From contig NC_068992.1 of NCBI RefSeq assembly GCF_001194135.2, forward strand, positions 51,522,607-51,583,170: a stretch of 60,564 nucleotides of DNA. Reading direction: 5' to 3'. Positions 37,019-50,334 of this stretch are shown here, piece by piece. Within the stretch, counting starts at the first letter, position 1. Every line of letters starts with the position of its first letter. The stretch comes from Octopus bimaculoides. Its lineage: Eukaryota. The position numbers and the translations under genes were made by a program. The notes under the pieces were generated by a model. It saw nothing but the letters and a program-made list of their open reading frames with translations, was not told the DNA's origin and made no database searches.

Positions 37019-39294
37019 TATATATGTACATATACATATGTATAAATAAATATATTTATATATCTATATCTATCTATCTATCTATCTACCTATCTATATA
37101 TATATATATATATATATATACATNNNNNNNNNNNNNNNNNNNNNNNNNNNNNNNNNNNNNNNNNNNNNNNNNNNNNNNNNNNNNNNNNNNNNNNNNNNNN
37201 NNNNNNNNNNNNNNNNNNNNNNNNNNNNNNNNNNNNNNNNNNNTATATATATATATTTATATATATATATATATATTCAGACACACTCACATATAACTTG
37301 ACTTTAATTGGGCATTAGAACATTTTCAGCTCTATTGGCATTAGATAATGTTTCAAATAATATATCTTCTTATTTTAATACCACATGAAAACGTCAGATC
37401 TTTTCTTTCTTTTAGATTTAGTGGTAGCAGAGCCAGTGGTGATGGGGTTCTACTGCAGTAATTAGATAAATCATGTCATAAAATACATAGGTTTTCCAGT
37501 TTTAATGGAACTTTTCCCTTAAGGTCATTTTACAAGGCAAGCAGTTCTTCCTTAATTATTTGAAGTACAATTGTAAATAAATGTCTTTGAATTAAAGAAA
37601 CATTCTGTCAGATATCTTGCAGTTTATCCATGGCAAAAGAAAGAAAAAAGGTCTTATACTGTATTTTGAAGATTAATTGTCAGTTTGCATCAGCCGACAG
37701 AATTTTCAACATTAATGTTTGATAATAAGAAATAATTATGTTACAAATCAGAAACAGTGTAGAGTTATGCAAGTGTGTGTTTTCACATCTATATGTGTAT
37801 GGATACCTGTAGATAGAAATCCACCAACCCACACATGCACACATACATATGTATATATGTATATATATATATATATATATACAGAAAGGGAGAGAGAGAC
37901 GGAAAGGAAGAGAGAGACATAAAACCATACATAAATATATATGTGTGTTGGTGTGTAGTTTTGTCTTGACATCACGTGGCGGTTGTAAATGAGTTTTATT
38001 GTCATACATGTGATGTTGTTAGTTTTTAATCTTCCTTTTAAAAAAACGTTAGGCCACAGGGTAATATATTCTTGCTTGGAAATAGGTGAGGATTGTTGAT
38101 AGGAATGGCATTTGAGTATAGAATATCTAACAAATTCTATATAATACATGCAAGCACAGAAAAATTTATATAATATGAATGAAGTATATAATTGACAAAG
38201 ATTACGACTATTCCAAAGAAAAGCATCATTAGCTTTTGAAAGTTGTTAGAAGATTAAAAAAGGAGTTGTTTGCCCTTACTCACTTCCTGATAAGTGTTAA
38301 TGAAGCTCAAAACAGTTAAATATATATTATATGCTATAATGATATACAGCACAGTAATACTAATGTTCAAAGCTTAAAACATCCAAAGAATATTTTACAG
38401 AAAATAAAAATAAAGACAGAAATGTTAGAGGGGTTTTAAACAATTTTCACTTAAATGTTTGTACTTTTGTGACAACATATAATCAAAATGAATAAGTAAA
38501 TGTTTTGAAATAGGTTACTGTTGCAGAATACTGTTTACATTTCTAAAATTATTGGTAAAAGAATTTATTTAATGTATTAAACTAGTATTGTTTATCAACA
38601 TATCTAGTTTAAAATAACACAGATATAGAAAAATTATATACATATATAACTATTAAAACGTTTATGCATAACAAATGTATGAATGTAGATGAATAACTGT
38701 TGCATGTCAAGAGTTAATCAACTTCAAAACAGCTAAATATATACAAGATATAATGGTGTTTACATGGAATCTCTGACTTCAAAATCAAAGAAATATCAGG
38801 GCCATTATACAGGGTGTTCAGGCTACATTTGACAGTGGGCATGAAAGGAAAAGAAAGCACAATATCCCATCCAAAAATATAATTACTCCTGTGGCCTAGC
38901 ATTTTTGTTTGGCCAACTACCTAAGTATGTAATTTGTTTGATAAATTGCATATATTTTGGTTTGGTAGTAGTTCTGTATTCTGGTTGGTTGACTGCCAGG
39001 TGATGTCATTAGTTTATTAACTATTTCTGAATGCTTTGTTTTTCTCCTCTACTCTGGCTGGTTGATTTTCTGCATACACCATTTGTTTTACAAATGTCTC
39101 GGTCACTTGATTTTGTCTGACAGTCATCCTGTGTTACATTTGATTGATTCCCTTAAATTGTCACTTGTTTTTCTGATGTCACATTTTGGCTGAATGTTTA
39201 AAAGCACCATTTGTTTATTTATTATTTTTATCCTGAGGTAAACCTGGTCCCTCATGGCAAAAACAACTGGAAAACTTCTACTGGAATTGGTACA

Positions 39295-39678
39295 TTGTTG
39301 GCACTCCGTCGCTTACGACGTCAAGGGTTCCAGTTGATCCGATCAACGGAACAGCTTGCTCGGTAAATTAACGTGCAAGTGGCTGAGCACTCCACAGACA
39401 CCTGTACCCTTAACGTAGTTCTCGGGAATATTCAGTGTGACACAGTGTGACAAGGCTGACCCTTTGAATTACAGGCACAACAGAAACAGGAAGTAAGAGT
39501 GAGAGAAAGTTGCGGTGAAAGAGTACAGCAGGGTTCGCCACCATCCCCTGCCGGAGCCTCGTGGAGCTTTTAGGTGTTTTCGCTCAATAAACACTCACAA
39601 CGCCCGGTCTGGGAATCGAAACCGTGATCCTATGACCGCAAATCCGCTGCCCTAACCACTGGGCCATTGCACCTCCAC
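39295..39678 (-). mobile_element. SINE family A, full length
   Basis: Reverse complement of 15447-15830. Confidence 0.92.
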
Positions 39679-40249
39679 TGGTGCATTACTACAATTCTAT
39701 CATCCAATTCACCCACCTACCTCCATTCACTTGTGAATACAACTTCAAGATATGTAAGCTTCACACACACACACACTCAAAATAACAAACAAGCATATTT
39801 ATATACACTCAGTCTGAAAAGGCTACAATGAAGTTACATCAACTATCGAGACTTGTTTTGGTAACATAATTGTTGCTCTGATATAATTCCTTGGTTTTTC
39901 TTTGGTGTTGTTATTTAATTCTATTACAGCTGTAACCAGCCTGGTACAGTGCTTTCCTTCAAATGATGATGATGTGACTACTATTTTAATATGAATGGCT
40001 GCAACTGTGTTGAACTGTCTGGACACCCTTTTATGACCAAAGTGTCATATCTGACATTTAAACATTCTTACTAACAATCAATAGATTCACTTTTATGTGC
40101 TTAATGGTTTGGGAAGAAAGAAAATCTTAAACCATCAGCACTTAGAGACATTCATAGTTCAATACACACATATGCACACATATTCCTACACACTCACACA
40201 CACACACACGTACACAGTTATATGAATGGAGAACTTTATATCCTATTCA

Positions 40250-40294
<45 letters not shown>

Positions 40295-41004
40295 TATATT
40301 ATTCATATACAAGTTACATTTATACATCTAATATATATTTATATATAGTATAATTAGATGTGTATGTTGTTATGTTTGTGTGTTATATTAACGTACGTAT
40401 ATATATATATATATCTATACATTTATGTATGTTATATCAACTAGAGGCTTCAGGTTCAATCTCACTAAAGAGTAGATTGAGCAAGATTTTGTATCCTATA
40501 AACTTTGGCTAAACTAATTACTATGTAAATGATACTTAATGGAAGGAAACTGAATAGAAGCCTGTTTTGTGTATGTATGTATGCTTGTCTATATTTATAT
40601 ATAATTGTACGACTTTACTCTAGAATTCTCCATTGATAGAAGTAGCTGGATTGTAACAAACCACAATCATCATCATTATCACCATTATAATTGTCATCAT
40701 CATCGTCGTCGTTGTCGTCATCACCATCATCATCGTCATCGTTGTCATCGTCGTCATCGTCATCATCATCATCCTCATTGTCATCATTTCCATTTCCATG
40801 CCAACCTATGTTGACCTGGACTCTTGAAGACAGTATCTTACTGTCGAATGCCCATTCTGGTGCGAACCATTTTTGTTACTTTGTATAACACTCAAAGATG
40901 TGTATCTCTTCTAAAATATAGGTTATGTATGCTTGTGTGACTATTCACAAATCTATATACTTATGCATATTAGTTACCCGTATATCTATCTATATATGTA
41001 TGTC

Positions 41005-41310
41005 CCACAACATGGCACCTTGGGCAAGTGCCTTCTACTACAGCCCTGGACTGACCAAATCTTATGAACAGATTTCGTAGATGGAAACTGAATGAAGCCC
41101 TCTCATATGCGTGTGTGTATGTGTGAGTATGTGTATTTGTGTTTGTCCACTACTACCAAATGACAACCGATGTTCATTCATTTGTGTCCCCATAACTTAG
41201 TTGTTTGGCAGAAAGAGACTGATAGAACAAGTACCAGGCACTTAAAACTAAGTAGTGATTGATTTGTTTGACTAAATCCTTCAGGGCAGTGTCTCAGCAC
41301 AGCCACAGTT
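41005..41310 (+). mobile_element. SINE family B, decayed
   Basis: GGCACCTTGGGCAAGTG...GGAAACTGAATGAAGCCC...GACTGATAGAACAAGTACC. Confidence 0.75.
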
Positions 41311-41396
41311 TAATGGCTTACACATGTCAAAGATATATGTGCAAATCTCAATATTTTTTTGTGTCTAATTATTTACATATTTTGTCTACATTTGTG

Positions 41397-41428
<32 letters not shown>

Positions 41429-41479
41429 GCACTCCAGCGCATTTTATCAATACTAAATGTCAAGCAATTTATGAAGTAG

Positions 41480-42655
41480 CTAACTTCAGTTTGTCCCTTG
41501 CACATGTGCACTCATGAGATACATAATATTTCAATGAAGTTTGGTATGAACTTGTGACAGGACATGCAATTTGTGTGTTTAAAAATGAAGATCCAAAATG
41601 AACACTAATTAAACCGCATGTTTTTTTAATTTTAAAACTGGTGAGAAAGCAGTGGAAACTTATAGGAAAATAAGTGCTGTGTCTGAAGAAGATTCTGTTC
41701 TGGAATGTGTACCTGGTGGGGTTTTCAAGGTTTCAATCAGGAAATTTTTCAGTCCTCATCCTGGCCAACCAACTGAGATTAACAGCAACAAAATGAAGGA
41801 GTTAATCAACATCAAACCCGTTTTTCTTATCAGGTTGATGTTAGATGTTCTTCCATGTATCCAAATTGAGCATTGAGGGTCATCTGCATCATCTTGGTTA
41901 TATCAGCAAGATTGATGTTTGGGTCCAATATCAATTGAATGAAGTCAACCTCATCCAACAGCCTTCCATCTGTAATTTGTTGCATACATACAAAAAAGAC
42001 AATACTTTTTTTTAAAGAAAATGGTGATAGGGGATGATGACAATGTGACATGCAAACAATCATGAAGAAAGTGCAGTGAACAACCACAAACAATCTCCAA
42101 AGCAGGACTTCACCTTAAGAAATTTTTGGTTTGTGTTTGGTGGGATTGTTATGACATTGTATTTTGTGGGCTGCTTTCCACAGATAGGACCATGAATTTG
42201 ACTGTGTACTGTGACCAGCAAGACAAATTAAATACAGAGATCCTCCAGAAGTACCTAGTACTTGCTACTCATAAGATCATTGGTTTTCATCACAACCATG
42301 CTAGGCCACATCCTTCTTTTCAGATGCAGCAGAAGTTTCTGGGGCTTGATCGGAAAGTTTTGCTGCACCCTACCCTATATTCACCTGACCTAAAACCTTC
42401 AGATTTCTACCTGTTACAGCCTCTACAAAATTCATTAAATGGACAGACCTTCAACTCAGAAAAGTATGTAAAAATTTCTCCTGAAAGAGTTTTTTCACTT
42501 GTAGAATCAAGAAATTCTTCAAGGAAGGCAGAATGGATCTACCCACAAGATGGCTGAAAATACTGAAACTAAATGGGAATTAAACCATTGATTGAATAAA
42601 TCACTTTGTCTTTTATTTTTGCTTGTAAATGAAATGGACTTTTTGGCTAACCTAA
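41480..42655 (+). mobile_element. Mariner transposon (TTAGGTT-type TIR), near full length and pseudogenised
   Basis: Decayed motifs DVWVQYQLNE (WVPHEL), MVIGD, VCVWWD, HHNHARPH and LYSPDLKPSDFYLL. Right TIR ...GGACTTTTTGGCTAACCTAA|TA. The left boundary is approximate. Confidence 0.9.
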
Positions 42656-44896
42656 TACATACATGTTTCTTAATGTAATTACAATGTAACTGCTGTTCAT
42701 ATATAAATATTGAATAACATTATTGCTAACCCTGCACAAAAAAATGTAACTAAACATGGCCAAATGAGATTACAACTGTGAATTTACAGTAATTTAATAT
42801 TTCAAACGTTTTGGTTTGTTTTATCAAATTAAATTCTTTGGAAAAATTTGAATTTCTTAAGGAAATTTGAGTAAAATATTTGTCTTCCAAGATATAACAT
42901 CCTTTCCTTTCATGAAGATGACAACAACAACAGTGATGATGATGCTGATGGCAGCTGCAGCGGCCGGGGTCATGGTGGCAGCAGTGGCAATGACAATTGT
43001 CATCACCATTGTCATCATTTTATCGTCTGCTTTTCCATCTTTGTAGTGATTAGACAGAGTTTAATTAAGGCAAATTTTCTATGGTCAGACACCCTTCCTT
43101 TCACCAATCCTCACCTTTTTTCTAAAGCAAGGTAATGTTTGTCAGTGGCCAAACTTGCTTTCATAAAATATTGGAAATGAAGGACATTACTTGTATGACA
43201 GTGGCAACCATTTTATAACTGTCATGTGATGTCCAAACAAGGAGACACAAACACACACATATTGAATACACATGCACTAGGTATGTGACTTGCTAATTCA
43301 TGGGTAGGCTGTGCTTATAGGCATAAGAAAATATATTCTGATCAATTCACCTGGTTTTAAAACGCCAGGAAGTCATAGACAAATGAGATAACTTGCATCA
43401 GGTCCCATTCATGAGTGATAGACATGAATGTTACATAATTTTTGCGACTTGTCAATACCACATACCTGAAACAAGGCCCAGTGTAGCTGCTAGCTAAATT
43501 GCTGTCTATGACAATATGCAAAATGATGTAAGAACCATCTACTGATATGTCCCAACATTTCATACCATGGAAAAAATTCAAATATGTATTAGAAGCTACT
43601 CGTGAGATATAAACAATATTGAACACACACACATACACAAAGTATATGTTTTCCTAGTTCATATATACATATATATATCCAAATTTACCCAAATTTAAAA
43701 TTATTACTTATACATACATACATACATACATAATCCATGCATGTATGTATGTATGCATCTATGTATATATATATATATATATATAGTTGTTTATTTATGC
43801 ATAGATACACAAAGCACAACCAATGTTTTACTGCTTGCTCAGTGCTATTGGTTCTTCCTTTTCTTTTTTTACAATTTTTAAATTTTCTTTTTTTGTTTTT
43901 TAGACAGCTGCCAGGAAATGTTTAACTTAACTTAGGCTAAAGTAAATAGCAGACTTGACAGGTTAAGTTTGCCTTGTTTTGAAAAAGACTGTTCAAAATG
44001 AGAGATACCAACTTAACTTTAAGTAGAAGAAATTAGACTTAATTTCAGATGTGGATCAAGGAAAATGTTCTTACAGATGAAAGTGAAGATTGATGTTGGT
44101 CTCCTATTTTATATTTTAGTTTGGTTTTGCTTGCACATAATGTCAGAAATTGATGTACTAATGCACCAGACAACATTAAATCTACCTTTTTATTTATTTC
44201 CCCTGTCACTGTTTTATGGTCAATTCTCATTTCACTGCCATCCATCAATTCCAGCTATCTTGATGGATAATTCTGGGCGTTTTTTTATATTTAGTTTACT
44301 TACAGAAATACAGAATTTATTTCGTTGTTTTTATTTTGGCCTCTGGTGGTTAAATTGCTTGCCTCCTTTCACTCGCATTGCTATGCTTTTCTTTCATATT
44401 CCTTAAGTTTAAAAATAATATAAACGCAATGCTGATCTTGACAACTTCAGCTACAGTGCTATTTCTGTATATGGAAAAAATAGTTAAAGCAATGGAAAGT
44501 TTCTTGTAAGAGATTAACAGATGTTACAGCCAGAAATATGGTTCAAGAAAAGTCATATTGATCCTGTCTCCAGATTATTGTCAGAAACATAACAATGGTA
44601 TAAACATATTTGTTTTGCATTTCTGGTATTAAATTTCTGCTTAAGTCTTTTTTCTTGATTATTTTAATAACTCAAGTAATTTTGTCAAAGTTCTTCAAAA
44701 TACAAATGGATGTTTTTATTTGTCACTGACAATAATTTCTGTTTCTAATAAAGAAATAATAATTCTATGTAAGCCAAAAAAGTTCTCATTATTTGCTTAT
44801 GTCTGACAATTTTTTGCTTTTTATTGAATATCAGATATTTCGTGTTCTTGATTTAAATTAGATCTGTGTCTTTTGGTCTGGTGTAAGAAGATTTAA

Positions 44897-45273
44897 GTGG
44901 AGGCGCAATGGCCCAGTGGTTAGGGCACCGGACTTGCGGTCATAGGATCGCGGTTTTGATTCCCAGACCAGGCATTGTGAGTGTTTACTGAGCGAAAACA
45001 CCTAAAGTTCCATGAGGCTCTGGCAGGGGATGGTGGCGAACCCTGCTGTACTCTTTCACCACATCTTTCTCTCACTCTTTCTTCCTGTTTCTGTTGTACC
45101 TGTATTTCAAAGGGTCAGCCTTGTCACATTCTGTGTCACGCTGAATCTCCCCGAGAACTACATTAAGGGTACAGGTGTCTGTGGAGTGCTCAGCCACTTG
45201 CACGTTAATTTCACGAGCAGGCTGTTCAACTGGAACCCTCGACGTCGTAAGCAACGGAATGCCAACAACAACA
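44897..45273 (+). mobile_element. SINE family A, full length with (CAA)n tail
   Basis: Colinear with the other family A copies. Confidence 0.92.
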
Positions 45274-46199
45274 AAGAAGATTTAAGCATTTAGGTAAAGA
45301 AAATTGGACTGTGAATATATGTTCGGCACACTACTTTATCAAATTATTTTGCTGTTATTCTTCAGTTTTCAATTTCCTTTACATAATGTTCCTAGTTCAA
45401 AATACACCTTCATATGCATTGCTTGTACATAATGTTACTAATGCATCCTGGAATCACTGGTTGCTTTGGGTATTATAACATACACTCTCATCCAATTAAC
45501 CCAGTCTAAGTTGATGAAGGTGACAGTGACATGAGAATAAATAAGAATCAACGAGTGAAAGCCACATTATTGATATATACATGTCATTATGTCTAGTTCC
45601 TAAGTTACACGTATATTCATACAATAGTCATATTTTTATGATTTTTATACTTGAGTGGCTGCATTTTCAAATTTCTACTTTCAACTAGATTGGAAGATTT
45701 ACATAGAGAAAGCAAAAAAGGAATTTCAGATTCAATGTGTAGTCTGATTATGGCATAGAGATCTGTGAATATTAAATATTTATAATTTAAGCTACTGTTG
45801 ACATTTTGAGTTGGAGCAGGAATTTTGTTCAATTTCTAGTACCTGAATATATGTTAAGGCAACATTAAGAAACTGCCAGATAATAGTACTTAAGACTCCT
45901 ATTAAAGAGGGCCTTTGCTAAATAGTTAATGTATTATTCACATTTATCATTAAAAAAAAAATAACTAAGCAAGTGAATATATTTTAGAGTCATTATTTCT
46001 ATGGAGCAGGCTTGGTTGATGGTTAAGAAGTTTGTTTCACAGCTAAGCAGATTTTGATTTAATCCACACTACCTTAATCAATGCTTTAAAACACAATTTA
46101 GTTTATGTATACTCCGTGAGAGTGTATCAGTGTGACTATTGTTGTTCTAGAGTAGTGGAATTTAACCATTATACAGTTTAATATAAACACTGGCTTTTG

Positions 46200-46574
46200 G
46201 GTAATAATACCCTTTCTCACACAGCTCGACCGACCAAAATTCTCTTGGAAGAACTTGGTTGGAAAATACTGCCTCATCCTCCGTATTCTCCTGACGTTGC
46301 TCCTTCTGATTACCACTTGTTCCGAGGACTACAGAACTATTTTGATGGACTTAGGTTAACAACAAGAGAAGAGATTGAAAATGAGGTGGATTCATATTTT
46401 GGTTCTAAACCTACAGAATTTTACAAGGGAAGCATTTATAAGGTAGACGAAAGATGGTATGACGTCATTGAAAGCAATGGAGAGTCTGTTAATGAATAAA
46501 TATTTCCATAGTCATTGACTTATTAGCTTTTACCTTAGATCTTTATATCAGGCATTTCTTTTGCACCAACCTGA
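46200..46574 (+). mobile_element. Mariner transposase 3' fragment with right TIR
   Basis: ORF 46197..46499 contains HTARPTKILLEELGWKILPHPPYSPDVAPSDYHLF (third catalytic D of DD34D) and ERWYDVIESNG. Ends TTTTGCACCAACCTGA|TA. Confidence 0.92.
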
Positions 46575-47252
46575 TACAATTAGTACAGAGAAGATATGAG
46601 AGTAAGAGAGATGACAAAGCAGCATTGGACTGCAGGAGCAGGGGTGCAGAGAGAGAGAGAGAGAGAGAGAGACAAGGTGAAGTAATGAGAGGGGTAAATG
46701 GCAAAATAGAGTAGTAAATGTAACATGGTTCTAAAAGTATCTTTGCTATATAAAGCCATTCTGTATTTTAAGCCTGAGAAACTACAGGTTTGTTTATATT
46801 CTCTGAATCTAAACAATCTCTCATTGCATTTATCAAACTGTTTTATTTGCTCACAGAGATAATTCAGGAGCCAACACTGAAATATTAATATTATTAGCGA
46901 TATTTTAATTAGATTTAATTAAGACAAACAGAGTTGTTTACAAAATAGCCTGAAGCCAAGAAAAAATATTGAATCACATGTATCTAATTATTTTGGAAGC
47001 AAAAAATTTACTTTTACATTGCTGTATTATTACAGAGTTGGAAGAGTTTGAATTTTTACTGAGATAAAAAAAATGAAAAAAATTCTTTTTCATGTGATTA
47101 TTCAGAGAACACTTATAAGATTCATAAAGAAGTTAAGAAGTTTTGTGTAGTTTTATTGTTACAAGGAATGCATTTAAGGCAGTGGTGGTTGATCAGAGAA
47201 GTCTTTATAATCAATATTTTCACTGTTGAATAAAAGTAGATTTTTCCTTGCA

Positions 47253-47830
47253 GCTAACTGATTACACACTCAAGAACAATGAAAGGTGCAGGAACTTCAA
47301 ATACATTAAAGCTGTTAAGCTCACAAGAATAGAAATACACCAATCCATCAAAATGGTTGTTAATCTGTGCTATTAATGCTTGAGTTGTTCTAAAGTATTT
47401 GCGATAAAAAGAATTTTGAATTTTGCATCCACAATCAAGCATATTGCCTACTGTGTTATTGTAGATTTTCGTAAGGAAGATAGTGTTCTGCTTTGCTGAA
47501 GTGGAAGCGAGTCAGTAGTGAGAGAAGGAGAATTAGACAAATGCTAGAAAAGGCTAAATATCGAGAATCATTCATATCAAGTGTGAGACAAATGATCAAT
47601 ATTCTGGACAATGATAAGGAAATTATCTGACTCTCCCCAGACAATGGTTATGCCTCAGTAGTTTTGAAGAGAGTGGAAAACATTTATGAACTATTGATCT
47701 GAACAAGACCTCAGCTTGACAAATAAAACAAAATCTAACCATAAAAACTATGTGAAGGATTTTAGCACTAGATATCATTCAGACAAAGACAAATAGCGGA
47801 ATCGACAAAACTTTGAATACCAATTTCTAT
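47253..47830 (+). mobile_element. Decayed Penelope-like element, N-terminal domain and start of RT
   Basis: Plus-strand reading VVNLCY*CLSCSKVFAIKRILNFASTIKHIAY..., then after a frameshift RRIRQMLEKAKY...LDNDKEII*LSPDNGYASVVL. Matches PLE motifs NLSxxxL...KGLNFAxT and DxxIxIxxADKGxxxVV. Boundaries approximate. Confidence 0.6.
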
Positions 47831-48518
47831 CAGTTAGCAGATGTTTGGTAAAAAGGACATATTGGCAGTATTTATCATTTACATTGTAAACTTGGTTTCA
47901 TTTTAAGTCTGACTCTGTATTGAAGATGTCACATTCGAAATAGTTTATGGACATCTATTATAATTATTACCATTCTGAATGACGTTTACTCGTTAGATTT
48001 CTGTCCTGGTTAATAGTTATACTGGATCTAATCGAAAATACTGCTTTCCTTTTGTATTTCATATAAAAAAGACATTAATGCAAAAAGAGGCAAAAAATAA
48101 CTGAGGAAGTTGGCATTTCTTTCTCTGGTTTCAAACTGTGAATTCTGATGTTAGTAGCGAGGGAGCAACAACTTAAGCAATTTTAGTCAAAGTACTATCT
48201 TCTATAGTATTTTGGCTTGTACTTCTTATTTATTGATCTCCAGTCTCCAGTAAATAGAATGGCTAAGTCCTGTAACTTCATGGAATATACAGTAAAAGGT
48301 ATTTTTTTTTCTTTAACACATTGGTTTATATTCAATCTGCTGTTGTCACTACACAAAATACACATTCATACNNNNNNNNNNNNNNNNNNNNNNNNNNNNN
48401 NNNNNNNNNNNNNNNNNNNNNNNNNNNNNNNNNNNNNNNNNNNNNNNNNNNNNNNNNNNNNNNNNNNNNNNNNNNNNNNNNNNNNNNNNNNNNNNNNNNN
48501 NNNNNNNNNNNNNNNNAT

Positions 48519-48545
<27 letters not shown>

Positions 48546-48550
<5 letters not shown>

Positions 48551-49178
48551 ACTCTACTCTTTTACTTGTTTCAGACATTTGACTGCAGCAATGCTGGAGC
48601 ACCGCCTTTAGTCGAGCAAATTGACCCCAGGACTTATTCTTTGTAAGCCTAGTACTTATTCTATCAGTGTAATTTGCTGAACCACTAAGTTACGGGGACG
48701 TAAACACACCAGCATCAATTGTCAAGCGATGTTGTGGGGACAAACACAGACACACAAATGCACACATATACAGGGTGAGCCAAAAGTAGCTATACACTTT
48801 TGAAATTCTTTAATTTTATTACTTTTACACTCATTTATTACAATTATATTTATGAAACACAGTTTAATCTCGTAAAAGGTTGAAATGTCCTCCTTCAACA
48901 TGGGAACATTCATCAAACATCCCAGAACACTGTAACACACAGCACATTATTCACGGTACCTGTAAAAATCAAATAAGTTAATTTTAAAAGTGTTTACCTA
49001 CTTTTGGCCCACCCTGTATATATACATATATACGACAGGCTTCTTTCAGTTTCCGTCTACCAAATCCACTCGCAAGGCATTGGTTGGCCCGAGGCTATAG
49101 TCGAAGACACTTGCCCAAGGTGCCACGCAGTGGGATTGAACCCGGAGCCATGTGGTTGGTAAGCAAGCTACTTACCAC
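48546..49178 (-). mobile_element. SINE family B interrupted by a MITE
   Basis: SINE 3' half at 48546-48770 and 5' half at about 49019-49178, separated by the MITE. Confidence 0.9.
48771..49016. mobile_element. Tc1/mariner-type MITE (246 bp) with 35-bp TIRs and TA target duplication
   Basis: Left CAGGGTGAGCCAAAAGTAGCTATACACTTTTGAAA versus right reverse complement CAGGGTGGGCCAAAAGTAGGTAAACACTTTTAAAA (4 mismatches). TA on both sides. Confidence 0.93.
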
Positions 49179-49256
49179 GTAACTTATACCATAGCTTCAG
49201 GCAGGCCAAAGCCTTCTAAGGAGATCTAGAAAATGGAAACCGAAAGAAACCTATCA

Positions 49257-49302
<46 letters not shown>

Positions 49303-49990
49303 GGTGTGTGTGTGTGTGTATGTGAAACTATGTGCATGGCTCTGAGTGTTTTTGTGTCTCCTTGTCTTAATGTTACCTCATGGTTGTAAATGAGTGTCAC
49401 TATCATACAAGCAGTGTTGTACATTTCCAATCTGATAACATATCTAGCCAGGGGAAGATATTACCTTGCTTGGGAAATGGATGAGGGATGGTGGCAAGAA
49501 GGTCATCTAGCTGTAGAAAATCTGCCTAAACGAAGTTCACGGGACCCAATGAAAAAGTGGATATCAAAACGACAATGATGATGATGATCATGATGATAGT
49601 GGTGGTGGTGATGGTGATGATGATAAAGAGGAGGGGGAAACACTATGTAATTTTCATAGAATTATATCCCATTTGACCCCGAAGTCATAAAGCTGATTGG
49701 GAGTCTATTTCTCCTCCTCTTTCTTTTTTTCTATTTTCTTTCTTGCTTTCCGGTGTTTTCAACCTTCCACCTTTTACATTTGCTTGCTTCTCACCTTTCC
49801 TCATATTTTCATTCATCCTATTGTCATGTTTTAGCTTATTATGCCATGCGTGAAGAGTCATGATAGCACCAGATGTGTTAAAAAATGCTGTCTAAGTTGT
49901 ATTCCATCACATGAAACTATCAGTAGCTTATAAAAATGTATGCTATGTTTATTATTATACATACATATATATATATATATATATATGTCA

Positions 49991-50334
49991 TGGTGCTCTA
50001 TCAGTTACAACAACGAGGGTTCCAGCCTGCTCATAAAATTAACTTGCAAGTGGCTGAGCACTCCACAGACACGTGTACCCTTAACGTAGTTCTCAGGGAG
50101 ATTCAGCATGACACAGTGTGACAAGGCTGGCCCTTTGAATTACAGGCACAACAGAAACAAGAAGTAAGAGTGAGAGAAAGTTGTGGTGGAAGAGTATGGC
50201 AGGGTTTGCCACCACCTGCTGCTGGAACCTCATGGAGCTTTAGGTGTTTTTACTCAATAAACACCCACAACGCCTGGTCTGGGAATCGAAACCGTGATCC
50301 TATGACTGCGAGTCCACTGCCATTGCACCTCCAC
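49991..50334 (-). mobile_element. SINE family A with small deletions
   Basis: Reverse complement of family A; part of the A-box region is deleted. Confidence 0.88.

Noticed and set aside
38810-40031. Possible Tc1/mariner TIR pair (AGGGTGTTCAGGC at about 38811 versus reverse AGGGTGTCCAGAC at about 40029)
   Set aside because: Similarity is only about 12 bp, and no transposase motif is visible between the two.
43351-43638. Minus ORF of 93 aa with splice-like sites
   Set aside because: Weak acceptor and unrecognised peptide; the alternative exon has stops in all frames.
44040-44406. 113-aa plus ORF
   Set aside because: F/L/I-rich translation of T-rich DNA with no domain features.
47253-47375. 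Terminal host exon after the strong acceptor TTTTCCTTGCAG (LTDYTLKNNERC...)
   Set aside because: The same frame continues past the stop into PLE-like motifs, so a decayed PLE explains it better.
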